This document shows, one piece after another, positions 12,009 through 25,555 of a stretch of 64,000 nt of DNA. The notes under the pieces are model-generated. The model was not told the origin of the DNA. It saw nothing but the letters and a program-made list of their open reading frames with translations, and did not search any database. The stretch is from Malacoraja senta (Eukaryota). The DNA lies in contig CM075994.1 in the NCBI GenBank assembly GCA_038087875.1, positions 6,202,001 to 6,266,000 on the forward strand. The letters are read 5' to 3'. The position numbers were made by a program, and so were the translations under genes. Each line of letters starts with the position of its first letter. Position 1 is the stretch's first letter.

Positions 12009-15000
12009 CAGGGCTGCCAACTCTCAGCTTTGAACATGAGAATCACTCATTTGGACAAATTCTCACGCTCTCACGCTGATCACAAATTTCTCACGCTCTG
12101 TCGTGAGAAATTATGTGATCAACGAAAATTTCAAAACTCATATAAACTGCATGGGCCCGCGGGTGTTGGAGAGCCGGGGCTGGAGCAGCGGCGGGGACAG
12201 ATGCCGGGAGCGGGGCTGGCGAGTGTTTGCCGGGCTGGCGAGTGTTTGCGGGCTGGCGAGTGTTTGCCGGGCTGGCGAGTCGCTCACTGCAGCTCCAGCC
12301 ATGGAGCAGCCTCAGTGCAAGAGTCCTGGGCTGTCGGAGGCGTCGGAAGCGTTGCGCCGCTGCCGTGAGAGACTCTGTGCCAAATTCGCCCAGGTGACCG
12401 GCATGGATCAGGCTGCGGCTCGGTGCATCCTGAAGGATAACCAGTGGCTGCTGGAAGTAACTACCAAGCACTGGGTAGAAACGGTGGAAGATAGTGGACT
12501 TCAAATGGGAGTGGTTGGATAAAGCACCCTGCTTGACTGCTAGATTTTCACTTACTGTAACTGCATGTTCCCGAAGTTGGGGGAGTTCAGAACCAGGGGT
12601 CAAAGTTTAAGAATAAAGGGTAGGCCAGTTAGGACTGAGATGAGGACAAACTTTCTTCACGCAGAGAGTTATGAATCTGTGGAATTCTCTGCCACAGAAG
12701 GCATTGCAGGCCAATTCACTGGATGTTTTCAAGAGAGAATTACATTTAGTTCTTGGGGCTAATGAAATCAAGGGATATGGGGGAAAAAACAGGAAAGAGG
12801 TACTCTAAAGAATGTACATTTTAGATGAACAACCATGATCATATTGAATGGCAGTGCTGCACGTATTTTCTATGTTACTATGCTTGAGTATATGGCAATA
12901 AAACTTGATCACTTGATTTTGAAGCATTCATGCATGGTGGAGGTATAATGTAGTCATAGAGTGATACAGTGTGTAAACAGGCCCTTCGGCGAAATTGCCC
13001 ACACCCGCCAACATGTCCCAGCCACGCTACCTGCTTTTGGTCCATACCTCCAAACCTGTCCTATCCATGTATCAGTCTAACTGTTTCTTAAATGTTGGGA
13101 TGGTCCCTGCCTAAACTACCTCCTCTGGCAGCTTGTTCCAACCACCCACCACCTTTTGTGTGGAAAAAGTTACCCCTTAAAAAGTTACCTCTTAAAACTA
13201 CTTCATACAAAAAACATTGAAATCATACTTCTACAATGCACTAAAACATGATTTTAATACATCAAATTTCAAAAAGTCCCTACCCTGGGAGGGGGGACAC
13301 CCTACTTCAACATCCTCTCCCCACTCGGTTCCTCCACTACCTCACCGGGTACCCCCAAGGCCAGTGATCAGTGATCGCTCAGTCTCCCAACTTTCAAAAA
13401 CGCTCCGCGGCCCCTGGTTCAGACGGAGAACACTGCCAGATGTGAGCGGGGAACTGAGGCCAGTTGTCCGTGATGTCTGGATCCCAATGCTCAGTGCTTC
13501 ATGTTTCGGAGTTGGCTAATGTTATTGATTTGTAATTAGCCTAATTTGTAATTAGTTGACAAAAGCTTAATTTATTAATCCGGAATATCCAGGGGGATAG
13601 GATAAGTGTAATATTAAAATGACATGCAAGGTGTCGGTCTGTCTGTCACAACATACAGCCCCGATAACCCATTATTTCCTTCAGTTATATATTGGGAAGG
13701 TAGCACTATTGTCATTTGCCACTCAACTATTATGTTTGTTTAACTCACTGACAATTTCTAACCCCCCCCCCCCCTATTCCTTTGACAGGTTGAATAGAAA
13801 TGTCCCCGATCTCATTGTTTTATTAATTCAACACGTAGATGAACATCCTCAAGGAGTGTAATCGGATGGAAACTGATTCAGATGCGATATTTAAGAGCTT
13901 GTTGAAAGAAGGGGCATATTTTAAAGGAGTGATAGAGATACTTGCAGGGGAATGTGTGAGGAGATTATTATTTGTCTTTAGTTTTAACTTGAACCAGGAC
14001 ATCTGTAGATTCAAAGTTTAATATAGTAATTGTGCTGATACTGACTCTAACCAACCACGTAATGAACATCATCCATTCCGGAGGTTTTATTTTTCTGATG
14101 CCATTTAAACTTCACTTGGATTTCAATCACTTCAATGTAAAAGTAATTGGGAATGGGGAGCATTGGAACAAAATTTTGCCCTCGGTACATATTAACTGTA
14201 ATATAATAATGTATGCATGTTGATATGTGCAATCGAAACAAAGATCTTTTTACCATTGTTGTGTTATGAATACCGCTGAAATATGTTCTCTCAAGATCAC
14301 ATTAAATAGAATATTATTGCTTAAATATATAGTTATTGGACTTTGCATTTCGGAAAAGTCCCAGCTGAGAGGAAGACAGTAAAATACTGAAAATATTGGG
14401 GGTGAAAATGACTTCAGGACAGTTTGTTAGGAAAATGAAAGAAATGGTAACAGAATATTTATACAGCTGAGTGAGTATAATTTTATGGATGCGAAATCGT
14501 GTTCAACCAATTGATGACTTCTTTGACAACGTAACTAGCATGTTAGATAACAAGGAAGCCAATGGATGTAGCAAATTTTATTATACATAATTTGGTCTGT
14601 GCAGTGCCCCATAAAAGATTACCGCATTAGATAAGCACCTGTGGACTTGAACGTAATAGGTTAAGTCCAGGGAGTCAGATATGGGGCTTTATGTGTGGGC
14701 CAGATATATTGTCAGTGCAGAGGAGCTAGGAGCAAGGCCAAGTGTGCATCCAGAGTCAAGGTCTGGAATAGTACTAGGTGTGCAGTCAAAGCTGGGACAA
14801 TGGGAGTGTTCAGCACTGGGAACCTAAGCAGGTAAGCAGCTATGATCAGGGTAGAATAGGGGGCGAAGTGTAAGGCTGGACTCAGGGTCAAGAATGAGAG
14901 AAGGTATGCAACTGGAGTCAGGGTCAGGAGTAGTACCAGGTGTGCAGTGAGACCCAGGTTGGTCAACATGGGCCAAGTGTTTGATTATAATCTGATTTCC

Positions 15001-15332
15001 ATACATGAATATACTAGGATCATTCATGTGCTGCACGTGTTGATCAGAGCCTGGGCTGTACTGTGGAATGTAATTAGGAATGTAATTTAGTCTAACCTTA
15101 TTCATAGCAAATCCAAATTAAAGCATATATATTGCATTCAAGTGTAAGTTAAAAGACTCGCTATTATATGCACCATATTGCACAATTTCAAGCTGAAAAA
15201 TGCAAAAGTTCCGTACCAATGGGAGGGGGGGGGGACCCTCCTCCCACACCCTCCCCCCCGGTCAATACGCTCCCTCGGCTTGGTCTCTTGCATTTTCTCA
15301 CTCCCAACTCTCACCCAATGTTGGCAGCCCTG
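12009..15332. mobile_element. Putative non-autonomous hAT-like DNA transposon with captured host sequence
   Basis: Perfect 13-bp TIR CAGGGCTGCCAAC (12009-12021) / GTTGGCAGCCCTG (15320-15332) with subterminal TCTCAC repeats at both ends. The 8-bp flanks AATGAAGG / GGTGAGGG match at only 5/8. Confidence 0.55.
12301..12456 (+). pseudogene. TDP2: Isolated TDP2-like first coding exon (UBA-like domain)
   Basis: gccATGG start. RERLCAKFAQVTGMDQAAARCILKDNQWLLE resembles the TDP2 N-terminus as recalled (RRLLCVEFASVASCDAAVAQCFLAENDWEME). Donor GAA|gtaact. No further TDP2 exons recognised in the window. Confidence 0.65.
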
Positions 15333-15571
15333 GGTGAGGGAAACTAGAGGTTTGAAACGATACAAAGAATATATGAATGAAGGGTATGAAAAGAACAAAT
15401 TAAAGCTATCAAAGAACAAATTAAAGCCAGTGGTGCATTGTTGGCTGTGGAAAATGTAATAACGAGTGGATGCAAACAGTGAAATTAGTAAGACGACGAG
15501 GTTGGGGGAGGGACGGAAAGAGAGAGAATGCAAGCGTTATGTGAAATTGGAGATATCAATGTTTATACTGC

Positions 15572-16613
15572 TAGCAATGTTACAAAATTTTGAGATTTTA
15601 AAAATAAAGTCTGCAATTTATCCCATCAGATAAAGCATAAAAAGAAGTTTAATTTGACACTTAATTCACTTTCATATCTTCAGTATTAAAAAAGTTATGG
15701 CCATTATCATACTCAGAAATTAGCATCTAGTTCCCTATTGCTTTTCCATTGACTTAACACAAAAGCTGTGATCGAGGACAGTTAAAAGCCCATAACCTTC
15801 TTAAAAATTATGGTAACTGAAAGAAATTTTCGGGTATTATAGATTGAAGCATTCTGAAACAAATATGAAACAATCTTACTTCGAAGACATGAAAGTAAAG
15901 CATATAATTAGTTAGTTACCTAATTGTAGCTAATTACAAAATTCAATTACTAGATCTAAACATCTATCAATTTCTTAAGAATAGATTAACATTTTTAAAT
16001 AGCCTAAGTGTCCAAATAACATTCACACAATAATTCACAATATAACATAATTTTTAAATCTAATTTTCATGAATTTACAGGCCAAATGGAAGGAATTGAA
16101 TGTTTAATACCTGTAAATTAATGGGGATTTAATTCATCTTGCGAGTGAGGATTACTGGAACGCGATCTTTTGGAACGTTGATTTGCGGTGAATTTAACCC
16201 CGTATTGGCATGAAAAATTCTGCCGTTAATTCGGGGAATAAAATCACCGTGTCGCATGAGAAAATGTGAATTAAAGGCTTCTTAAGAAGCACTTTTATAC
16301 ATGTAAAGAAAGCACTTTCGTTTACCTGTCCATTGTGTGAAATCCGTCCCCGTTATCGGCGTTGACGCTTCAGGAGCTGCTTTTAAAATGACTGTAGCAC
16401 TGACATTGACGATTTAATAAAAATAAAAAATTCACAAAACGCCGGTAGGAACGATTTTGTCAGCCAAGGTTTGTACTTCAACAAAATATTTCCAGGACAA
16501 GGGAGGAGAAACCGTGTTTTAACCCCGCCCCCCCCCTTAAAGGCGCCAAAATCGCGCACACGGCCAGTGGCAGAATTACAGCACGACTGAAGGTAAGTTT
16601 TGTAACATACCTA
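15572..16613. mobile_element. Non-autonomous DNA transposon (~1.04 kb) inserted in a Penelope remnant
   Basis: TIR TAGCAATGTTACAAAA / TTTTGTAACATACCTA (14/16). Direct repeat ATACTGC(T) at 15565 and 16614. Confidence 0.8.
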
Positions 16614-17784
16614 ATACTGCTGGGATGTAAACTGCCCAAGTGAAATACAGAGTACTTTGCCCGGAAGGATGTGTGTTTTTAATCTTTATTTATTGATGAA
16701 CTGAATTTAGATTTCCCAGCAGCAGGGGCAGGCTTTGAATTCCCATCTCCAGGATGCTAATATTTGTTTTAGAATGATTAATCACACTGCACAATCATTA
16801 GCATATGTGTAGAACACAGGGAGAGTTAAAGGATAGGCTTCGTGACTTGACTTCTGTTAGCCCAAACCAGATGAAGAGGCTTTATCCAAGTTTGCTCTTG
16901 TCATCAATCCCAGATCGTGTCAGTATCTTTAGACTTTAGATAGACACAAAGCGCTGGAGTAACTCAGCGGGACAGGCAGCATCTCTTTGATCTCCATTCC
17001 CTTTGACCTGTTTTCACACCATCATGATTCCTTATCTATGTATCTCCCTCCCCTCTGACGTCAGACTGAAGGGACTCGACCCAAACTGTCACCCATTCCT
17101 TCGCTCCAGGGATGCTGCCTGTCCTGCTGAGTTACTCCAGCATTTTGTGTCTGTCTTTGGTTTAAACCAGCATCTGCAGTTCCTTCCTACATCTTTAGAC
17201 TTTACTTTAGACTTTAGGGATACAACGTCGAAACAAGCCCTATTGCCCACCGAGTTCATGCCAACCAGCAATCACCCCATACACTTGCACTATCCTACAC
17301 ACTAGGGACAATTTACAAAAGCCAATTAACCTTTGGCGTGTGGGAGGAAACTGGAGCACCCGGAGAAGATCCACAGTCACAGGAAGAACGTACAAACTCT
17401 GTACAGGGAGCACCCGGAGTCAGGATCAACATTTCTGGCATTGTGAGGCAGCAGCTCTACCGCTGTGCCACTGGTCCAAACCCTTAATCCTAAATACCAT
17501 CAGAATCACCCATCAGACAACCAAAGCCAGATTTGGTTAGACGGGGAATAACATGTGAAAAGTACAGATGGGTGCATGATGAGTCAGCGTGGAATTGGTG
17601 GGTCAAATGGCCTGTTTCCAAACTGCATGATACCATAAGGAGGAATTGCCACATTAGTTTCTTGAGTAACCACCCTCAATGAGTAGACATTGACTAATGA
17701 AGTAAAAATGCTCCAGATCCCGAAGCACTCAGCAGGGAGAGGGATAATAAGAATGTGGTCATACATTATGGAAACAGGCCTTTA

Positions 17785-18445
17785 GAAAACATAGACATAG
17801 AAAACATAGAAAATATGTGCAGGAAGACGCCATTTAGCCCTTCGAGCCTGCACCGCCATTCATTGTGATCATGGCGGATCATCCACAATCAGTAACCTGT
17901 GCCTGCCTTCTCCCCATATTCCTTGATTCCGCTAAACCCTAGCGCTTTATCTAACTCTCTTTTAAATTCATCCAGTGAATTGGGCCTCCAAGAGAATTCC
18001 CCAGATTCACAAATCTCTGAGTGAAGATTTCTCATCTCAGTTTTAAACGGCCTCTGCTTTATTCTTAGATTGTGGCCCATGGTTCTGGACTCCCCCAACA
18101 TTGGGAACATTTTTCCTGCATCTAGCTTGTCCAGTCCTTTTATAATTTTATATGTTTCTATAAGATCCCCTCTCATCCTTCTAAATTCCAGTGAATATAA
18201 GCCCAGTCTTTCCTATCTTTCCTCATATGACAGTCCCGCCATCCTGGGGATTAACCTCGTGAACCTACGCTGCACTGCCTCAATAGCAAGGATGTCCTTC
18301 CTCAAATTAGGAGACCAAAACTGCACATAATACTCCAGATGTGGTCTCACGAGGTCCCTGTACAACTGCACAAGGACCTCTTTACTCCAACATACAAATC
18401 CTCTCATTATGAAGGCCAACATGCCATTAGCTTTCTTCACTGCAA
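17785..18445 (-). mobile_element. CR1 LINE 3' fragment
   Basis: LVRPHLEY.VQFWSP..VQRRFTRLIP and MRGDLIETYKII motifs, followed by a (CTATGTTT)-like tail. Confidence 0.9.
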
Positions 18446-20449
18446 ACCTTAGGTCCAACTCGTCCATGCCGATCAAGATATCGCATCTAGTTCCCTTTGC
18501 ACATGTTTAGCCCATATCGATAGTCATAGAGTGATACAGCGTGGAAACAGGATCTTCGGGCCAACTTGCCCACACCAGCCAATGTGCCCCAGCTGCATTA
18601 GTTCCACCTGCCCACGTTTGGCCTATATACCTCCAAGTGTCTTTTAAATATTGTTAATAGTACCTGCCTCCTCTGGCAGCTCGTTCCATACATTCTCCAC
18701 CTTCTGAGTGACAATGTTGCTCGTCAAGCACCTATTAAATCTTTCCCCTCTCTCCTTAAACCTACATCCTCTGGTTCTTGATTCCCCTAGCATGGTCAGT
18801 CACAGCTTTCTACCTCCATTCACTGCACATGAAGAGGAAAGGTTTAGAGGGATATGAGCCAACCCCAATCAGGTTAGAGGGGGCATCTTGGTAGGAATTG
18901 GCTGGGTGGGCAGAAGGGCCTGCTTCCGCGCTGGATGAGAAAATGGCTCCTAGGCTCTAAGCAGTTCATGTTTCAGTTGGTAGAATGACAGACAGTATTG
19001 CAAACATTTTGTGCAACTGTCGATTTGTCCATTAGTGAAGCTTTGCAGCCAAACACTTGTTTATTTTGGTCTCAGAGGCAGAGCACATTGCACGGTGACT
19101 GGAGGGAGGAAACTGTGACTGACCAGGGGATCAAGAACCAGAGGAGAGGTTTTTGTCCACCTGCATGTGGACAATGAAGAGAGAGATTTAACTTTTTTTT
19201 GCCTTCCATCAGTGAGGAATGTGGAGGAGTCACTGTGGTGGATGTTTATGTTGAAATGTATTTTGTGTGTTCTGTTGCTTTTTATTGGTATGACTATGGC
19301 AAATCATATTCCTTGTATAATGCAAATAAAGTATGATTATGATTATGATTAATGTCAGGGGGGCATGATTTGACAGCTACCTGTACTTGACGAGCAACAT
19401 TTTCACTCAGAGACGGAGGGTGTAAGGAATTTAGATGAGAGGGTGAAACTACTGTACTGAAACTAACGTGGGAGTTAAAATCAGATTACATTTCTTGGTA
19501 TGGTTAAAGTTTGACTAACGTTGTATATTCTGTGTCCTTTTGTATAGTCCGACCTACGGGAATCAACACAAAAACAGATTGCAGGCAAAAATGTCAAGTT
19601 CTAACACAAACAGTGACTTATCTTACTTAGAGTCCAGGCATCAAGTTTAGTTTAGTTTACAGACACTGCGTGGACACAGGCCCTTCGGCCCACTGAGTCT
19701 GTGCCGACCAGTGATCACCCGTACGCTGGTTCTATCCTACACACTTGGGACAATTTTTTAACGTAAGCCAAGTAACCTACAAACATCCTCTCCACTCACT
19801 CTATCCTGGTCAAATTAGATGTCACATTAGTTGAGGGAGGCACAGTGGCGCAGCGGTAGAGTTGCTTCCTCACAGCGCCAGAGACCCGAGTTCGATCCTG
19901 ACTACGGGTGCTGTCTGTGGGGAGTTTGCACATTCTCACTGTGACTGTGTGGGTTTTCTCCGGGTGCTCTGGTTTCCTCCCACATTCCAAAGAGGTGCAG
20001 GTTTGTACGTGAATTCGCTCTATAAATTTAGAAGGATGAGAGGGCATCTTATTGAAACATATAAGATTATTAAAGGTTTCAGCACGCTAGAGGCAGGAAA
20101 CATGTTCCCGATGTTGGGGGAGTCCAGAACCAGGGGCCACAGTTTAAGGATAAGGGGTAAGGCATTTAGAACGGAGATGAGGAAACACTTTTTCACACAG
20201 AGTTGTGAGTCTGTGGAATTCTCTGCCTCAAAGGGCGGTGGAGGCTGGTTCTCTGGATACTTTCAAGTAAGAGCTTGATAGGACTCTTTAAGAGTCAGGG
20301 GTTATGGGGAGAAGGCAGGAACGGGGTATTGATTGTGGATGATCAGCCATGATCACATTGAATGGCGGTGCTGGCTCGAAGGGCAGAATGGCTTACTACT
20401 GAACCTATTGTCTATTGACTAGGGGTGCGCTCTGTACGGAGTTTGTAAA

Positions 20450-22985
20450 TTGTAAATTGTCCCTTGTGTGTGTAGGATAGTGTAAATGTATGGGGTGATG
20501 TCTGGTCGGCACAGACTTGATGGACTGAATGGCCGGTTTCCGCACTGTGTCACTAAACTAATTCCATATGTTCGTCAAAGGAGCAGAATTAGGCCAGTCG
20601 GCCCATCGAGTCTACTCTGCCATTCAATCATGGTCGATCTATCTTTCCCGCTCAACCCCATTCACCTGGGCGGCACGGTGGCCCAACGGTAGAGTTGCTG
20701 CCTTACAGCGCTTGCAGCGTTGGACTCCTGGGTTTGATCCAGACTACGGGTGCAGTCTGTACGGAGTTTGTACGATTTCCACGTGACTGCGTGGGTTTTC
20801 TCCGAGATCTTCGGTTGCGTCCCACACCCCAATGACGTGCAGATATGTAGGTAAATTGGCTTGGTAAATGTAAAAATAGTCCCTAGTGTGTGTAGGATAG
20901 TGTTAATATGCGGGGATCGCTGGTCGGTAGAGTTGCTGCCTTACAGTGCTTGCAGCGCCGGACACTCGGGTTACATCCAGACTATGGGTGCCGTCTGTTC
21001 CGGAGTTTGTACTTTCTCCCTGTGACCGCGTGGGTTTTCTCCGGGTGCTCTGGTTTCCTTCCACATTCCAAAGAGGTGCAGATTTGTCGGTGAATTGGCT
21101 TCTTTAAATTGTTCCTAGTTTGTAGCATAGCACTCATGTGAACGGGTTATTGCTGGTCGGCGTGAACTCGGAGTGCATGGAAAGAATATAAATTCTTATG
21201 CTATCAGATCATTTTCATTAGTCATTTCAAAACCTCTGCTTGTGGACCCTAGTCATATTGTAAACCATCAGATTTTCCGAAGCAGGCTCTCAGCAAGGCC
21301 GTTCTCAGGCTTGGAGCCCTGGCACTGCTAACATATCAAGCTTCTAAAATGCTGCACTTCGAATGCTGTTTTTTCTCTTCAGCTCATTACGATGGTGCTA
21401 ACCACTCTACCCATCCCACTCAAAAACACGTACCTCCACGCCCATTAATCCCAGGGACAGGACATTACTTTGCTCGGAGCTGCCTAACTACCAGAAGGAT
21501 AGGATTTCACGTTCTTTACTGGCAGGAATTAATATCAAGTTTCCTCCTGCAAATAATAGATAAGTTTGGGCAGCACAGTGGCGCAGCAGTAGAGTTGCTG
21601 CCTCACAGCACCAGAGACCCGGGTTCAATCTTGATTTGGGGTGCTGTCTGTATGGAGTTTGCTCGTTCTCCCTGTGACCGCATGGGTTTCGTCCGAGTGC
21701 TCCGGTTTCCTCCCACACTCCAAAGACGTGCGGGTTTGTAGGTTAATTGGCTCTGGTAAAATTGTAAGTTGTCCCTAGTGTGTGTTGGATAGTGTAAGTG
21801 TATGGGGTGATCACTGGTCGGCACGGACTCGATGGGCCGGTTTCCACTGTATCACTAAACTAAACTAATTTCATATGTTCATAAATCATAGGAGCAGAAT
21901 TAGGCCAGTTGGCCCATCGAGTCTACTCCGCCATTCAATCACGGTCGATCTATCTTTCCCGCTCAACCCCATTCTCCTGCCTTCTCCCCATAACCTGGGC
22001 AGCACGGTGGCGCAACGGTAAAGTTGCTGCCTTACAGCGCTTGCAGCGTTGGACACCTGGGTTCGATCCTGACTACGGGTGCTGTCTGTACGGGGTTTGT
22101 ACGATTTCCACATGACTGCGTGGGTTTTGTTCGAGATCTTCAGTTTCGTCCCGCACTCCAAAGACGTGCAGGTATGTAGGTAAATTGGCTTGGTAAATGT
22201 AAAAATTGTCCCGACTGTGTGTAGGATTTTGTTAATATGTGGGGATTGCTGGTCGGTAGAGTTGCTGCCTTCCAGCGCTTGCACCGCCGGACACCCAGGT
22301 TTGATCCAGACTACGGGTGCTGTCTGTACGGAGTTTGTACGTTCTCCCTGTGACCGCATGGGTTTTCTCCGGGCGCTCTAGTTTCCTTCCACATTCCAAA
22401 GAGGTGCAGATTTGTCAGTGAATTGGCTTCTTAAAATTGTTCCTAGTTTGTAGCACAGAACTCATGTGAACGGGTTATTGGTGGTCGGTGTGAACTCAGA
22501 GTACATGGATATTTAGTCATGCCGAAAAGAATATAAATTCTTATGCTTGCAGATCATTTTCATTAGTCATTTCAAAACCTCCGCTTGTGGACCCTAGTCA
22601 TATTGTAATCCATCAGATTTTCCTTAGCAGGCTCTCAGCAAGGCCGTTCTCAGGCTTGGAGCCCTGGCACTGCTAACATGTCAAGCTTCTAATATGCTGC
22701 ACTAGGAATGCTGTTTTTTCTCTTCAGCTCATTACGATGGTGCTAACCACTCTACCCATCCCACTCAAAAACATGTACCTCCACGCCCATTAATCCCAGG
22801 GACATTACATTACTTGGCATGCTTGATCGGAGCTGCCTAAGTCACAGAAAGATAGGGTTTCACATTCTTTACGGGCATGAGTTAATATCAAGTTTCCTGC
22901 TGGAAATGATGGGTAAGTTTGGGCGGCACGGTGGCGCAGCGATAGAGTTGCTGCCTCACGGCGCCAGAGACATGGGCTCAATTTT
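20450..22985 (+). repeat. Tandem segmental duplication, two ~1.3 kb copies
   Basis: Unique block 21180-21567 recurs at 22525-22920, with the same CR1/SINE junction (20580, 21890) and the same SINE-dimer junction (20925, 22255). Confidence 0.85.
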
Positions 22986-24242
22986 GTTCTCAATCTCAAT
23001 TTTACGTTCTCCCCGTGACTGCGTGGGTTTTCTCCGAGATCTTTGGCTTCCTCCACACTCCAGGTATGTAGGTAAATTGGCTTGGTAAATGTAAAAATTG
23101 TCCCTAGTGTGTGTAAGATAGTGTTAATATGCGGGGATCGCTGGTCGGCGCGGACCCGGTGGGCTGAAGCGCCTGTTTCCGCACTGTATCTCTTAACTAA
23201 ATTCAAAAGACACCCGTACTAATCAAGAACCTGTCAACCTCCTCCTTAAATACACCCAATTATTTGGCCTCCACAACCATTTGTGGCAAAGAATTCCACA
23301 AATTCACCACCCTCTGACTGAAGAACTTCTTCCTCATCTCCAAGTTGTGCAATCTAAAGTATGTAGTTTAAAAGGCACGGATAGAAAACGTTTAGAGGGA
23401 CATGGGCCAAATGCAGGAAATGGGACTAGCTCAGCTCGGTATTTTAGTCAGCATGAACGAGTTGGACCGAAAGGTCTGTTTCCATGCTGTATAACCCCAG
23501 GACTATGCTCTATAACTCCACACAAAAATTGCCTGGGGTCAGCATGGAACCTGGGTCTCTGGAGCTTTGAAGCAGCAGCTGTATCTGCTGTGCTGCCACT
23601 TCAGCATTAGCCACTGGTCATGAATGCAGAAGGAATGAGACAGACAGCTGCCTGGGTTGTGTTTCAGCCTGGGTTGTGAGCACGTCAAACTCTAATATCC
23701 TGGGGCCTGTTTTGCATCAAACCTGCTCTGTGCTTGATCTGCTTCCAAAGCAGGAAAGGCTTTGATGTACCTTTTAATTAAAACCAGTCTCCTGTGAAAG
23801 TGGTAGGAAGGAACTGCAGATGCTGGTTTAAACTGAATATTGACATAAAATGCTGGTGATGTTTCGGGTCGAGACCATCAATCTGAAGAAGGGTCTCGAG
23901 CCGAAACCCTCCGGAGATACTGCCTGTCCTGCTGAGTTACTCCAGCATTTTGTGTCTATCTTCGGTTTAAACCAGAATCTGCAGTTCCTTCCTACTACTT
24001 TATCAGGAGACAGGTTTCACACACTACAAACTAGAGACAAACGGGAATGTGGCTCAGATAATTTGAAATGTCTCTCAATATAGCTACTGCAATTAAAATG
24101 AGGCCCCGCAAGGGAGCCATGAGCAAAGTACAAGCACAATTGTTCTCATCAGTTTTCCATCCATCAATAATTAGAACCTCAGAAGCTAACAACACAAAAG
24201 GAGGCCCTTCGGCCCATCGTGCCACTGCGGATTATAAATGGA

Positions 24243-25260
24243 TGTTAGGTTGATCCACTTCACAGCTCTCTGTTTGCAGCCCTGTCAAAGACATGCAAAA
24301 AGTGATAAGGAGTTCTGCTCCTCTGCCTTTTTACAGATACTGCAACTCATTGAATTAATCTAGCTCTGGCAGAACTACTTGAGTTAAGATACTTAATTAG
24401 CTACAATCTAATTAAACAGTAGAACAGAGATAGGCACAAAATCAAGTCATGTCAAGAGAGTTTATTGTCATGTGTCCCAGATAGGACAATGAAATTCTTG
24501 CTTGCTGCAACACAGAATATTGCAGGCATAAATACAGAACAGATCAGTGTGTCTATATACCATAGACCATATATATACACATAAATAAACAGATAAAGTG
24601 CAATAGGCTGTTCTTGTTCAGAGTTTGTTTGATGTTGTATTTAATAGCCTGATGGCTGTGGGGAAGTAGCTGTTCCTGAACCTGGATGTATCAGATTTCA
24701 AGCTCCTGTACCTTCTACCTGATGGCCATGGAGAGATGATGTGGGTCTTTGATGATGTTGGCAGCCTTTTTGAGGCAGCGACTGCGATAGATCCCTTCGA
24801 TGGTGGGGAGGTCAGAGCCGATGATGGACTGGGCAGTGGTCACAACGTTCTGCATTCTTTTCCGCTCCTGGACGTTCAAGTTGCCGAACCAAGCACGATG
24901 CAACCGGTCAGCATGCTCTCTACTGTGCACCTGTAGAAGTTCGAGAGAGTCCTCCTTGACAAACCGACTCTCCATAATCTTCTCAGGAAGTAGAGGCGCT
25001 GATGTGCTTACTTTATAATTGCATCAGTGTGCTGAGACCAGGAAAGATCTTCGGAAATATGCACGCCCAGGAATTTGAAGTTCTTGACCCACTCCACCAT
25101 CATCCCGTTGATATAAACGGGATTGTGGGTCCCTATCCTACCCCTTCCAAAGTCCACAATTAGTTCCTTGGTTTTGCTGGTGTTGAGAGCTGGCACCATT
25201 TGGTCAATTGGTCGATCTCACTTCTATACTCTTACTCGTCACCATCAGTGATTCGTCCCA
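24243..25260 (-). repeat. Left arm of a ~1 kb inverted duplication (Rex1-like LINE 3' part plus flank)
   Basis: Reverse complement of 25673-26703, apart from a 13-bp deletion and about three substitutions noticed. Confidence 0.92.
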
Positions 25261-25555
25261 TGTTTCGGGTTGAGACCCTTCTTCAGACTCAGTCTTGATC
25301 CGAAACATCACCCATTCCTTCTCTCCAGAGGTGCTCCCTATCCCGCTGAGTTACTCCAGTATTTTGTGTTTATCTTCGATTTAAACCAGCATCTGCAGTT
25401 CCCTCCAACACACGCTGGAGAAAATAGGCGGGCCAGGCAGCATCTCTGGAGAAAATGACATTTTGGGCGGGACTGAATGTCTCAAGAAAGGTCCCCGACC
25501 CGAAATGTCACCTGTCCATTTTCTCCAGAGTTGCTGCCTGACCCGCTGAGTTACT

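Noticed and set aside
13839..14021. Further TDP2 exon or transposase remnant
   Set aside because: No motif recognised and no convincing donor site.
14712..14969. Hydrophobic ORF as a membrane protein
   Set aside because: It reflects a degenerate ~39-bp tandem repeat, with no splice or start support.
19835..19905. tRNA genes
   Set aside because: The A/B-box segments are SINE heads continuous with the V-domain and CR1-like tail.
22728..22912. Coding exon in the duplicated block
   Set aside because: Good splice signals, but stop codons in all three frames.
24031..24121. MAPLRGLILIAVAIL as the receptor's signal peptide
   Set aside because: No phase-1 GT donor follows. The 60392-60458 exon fits better.
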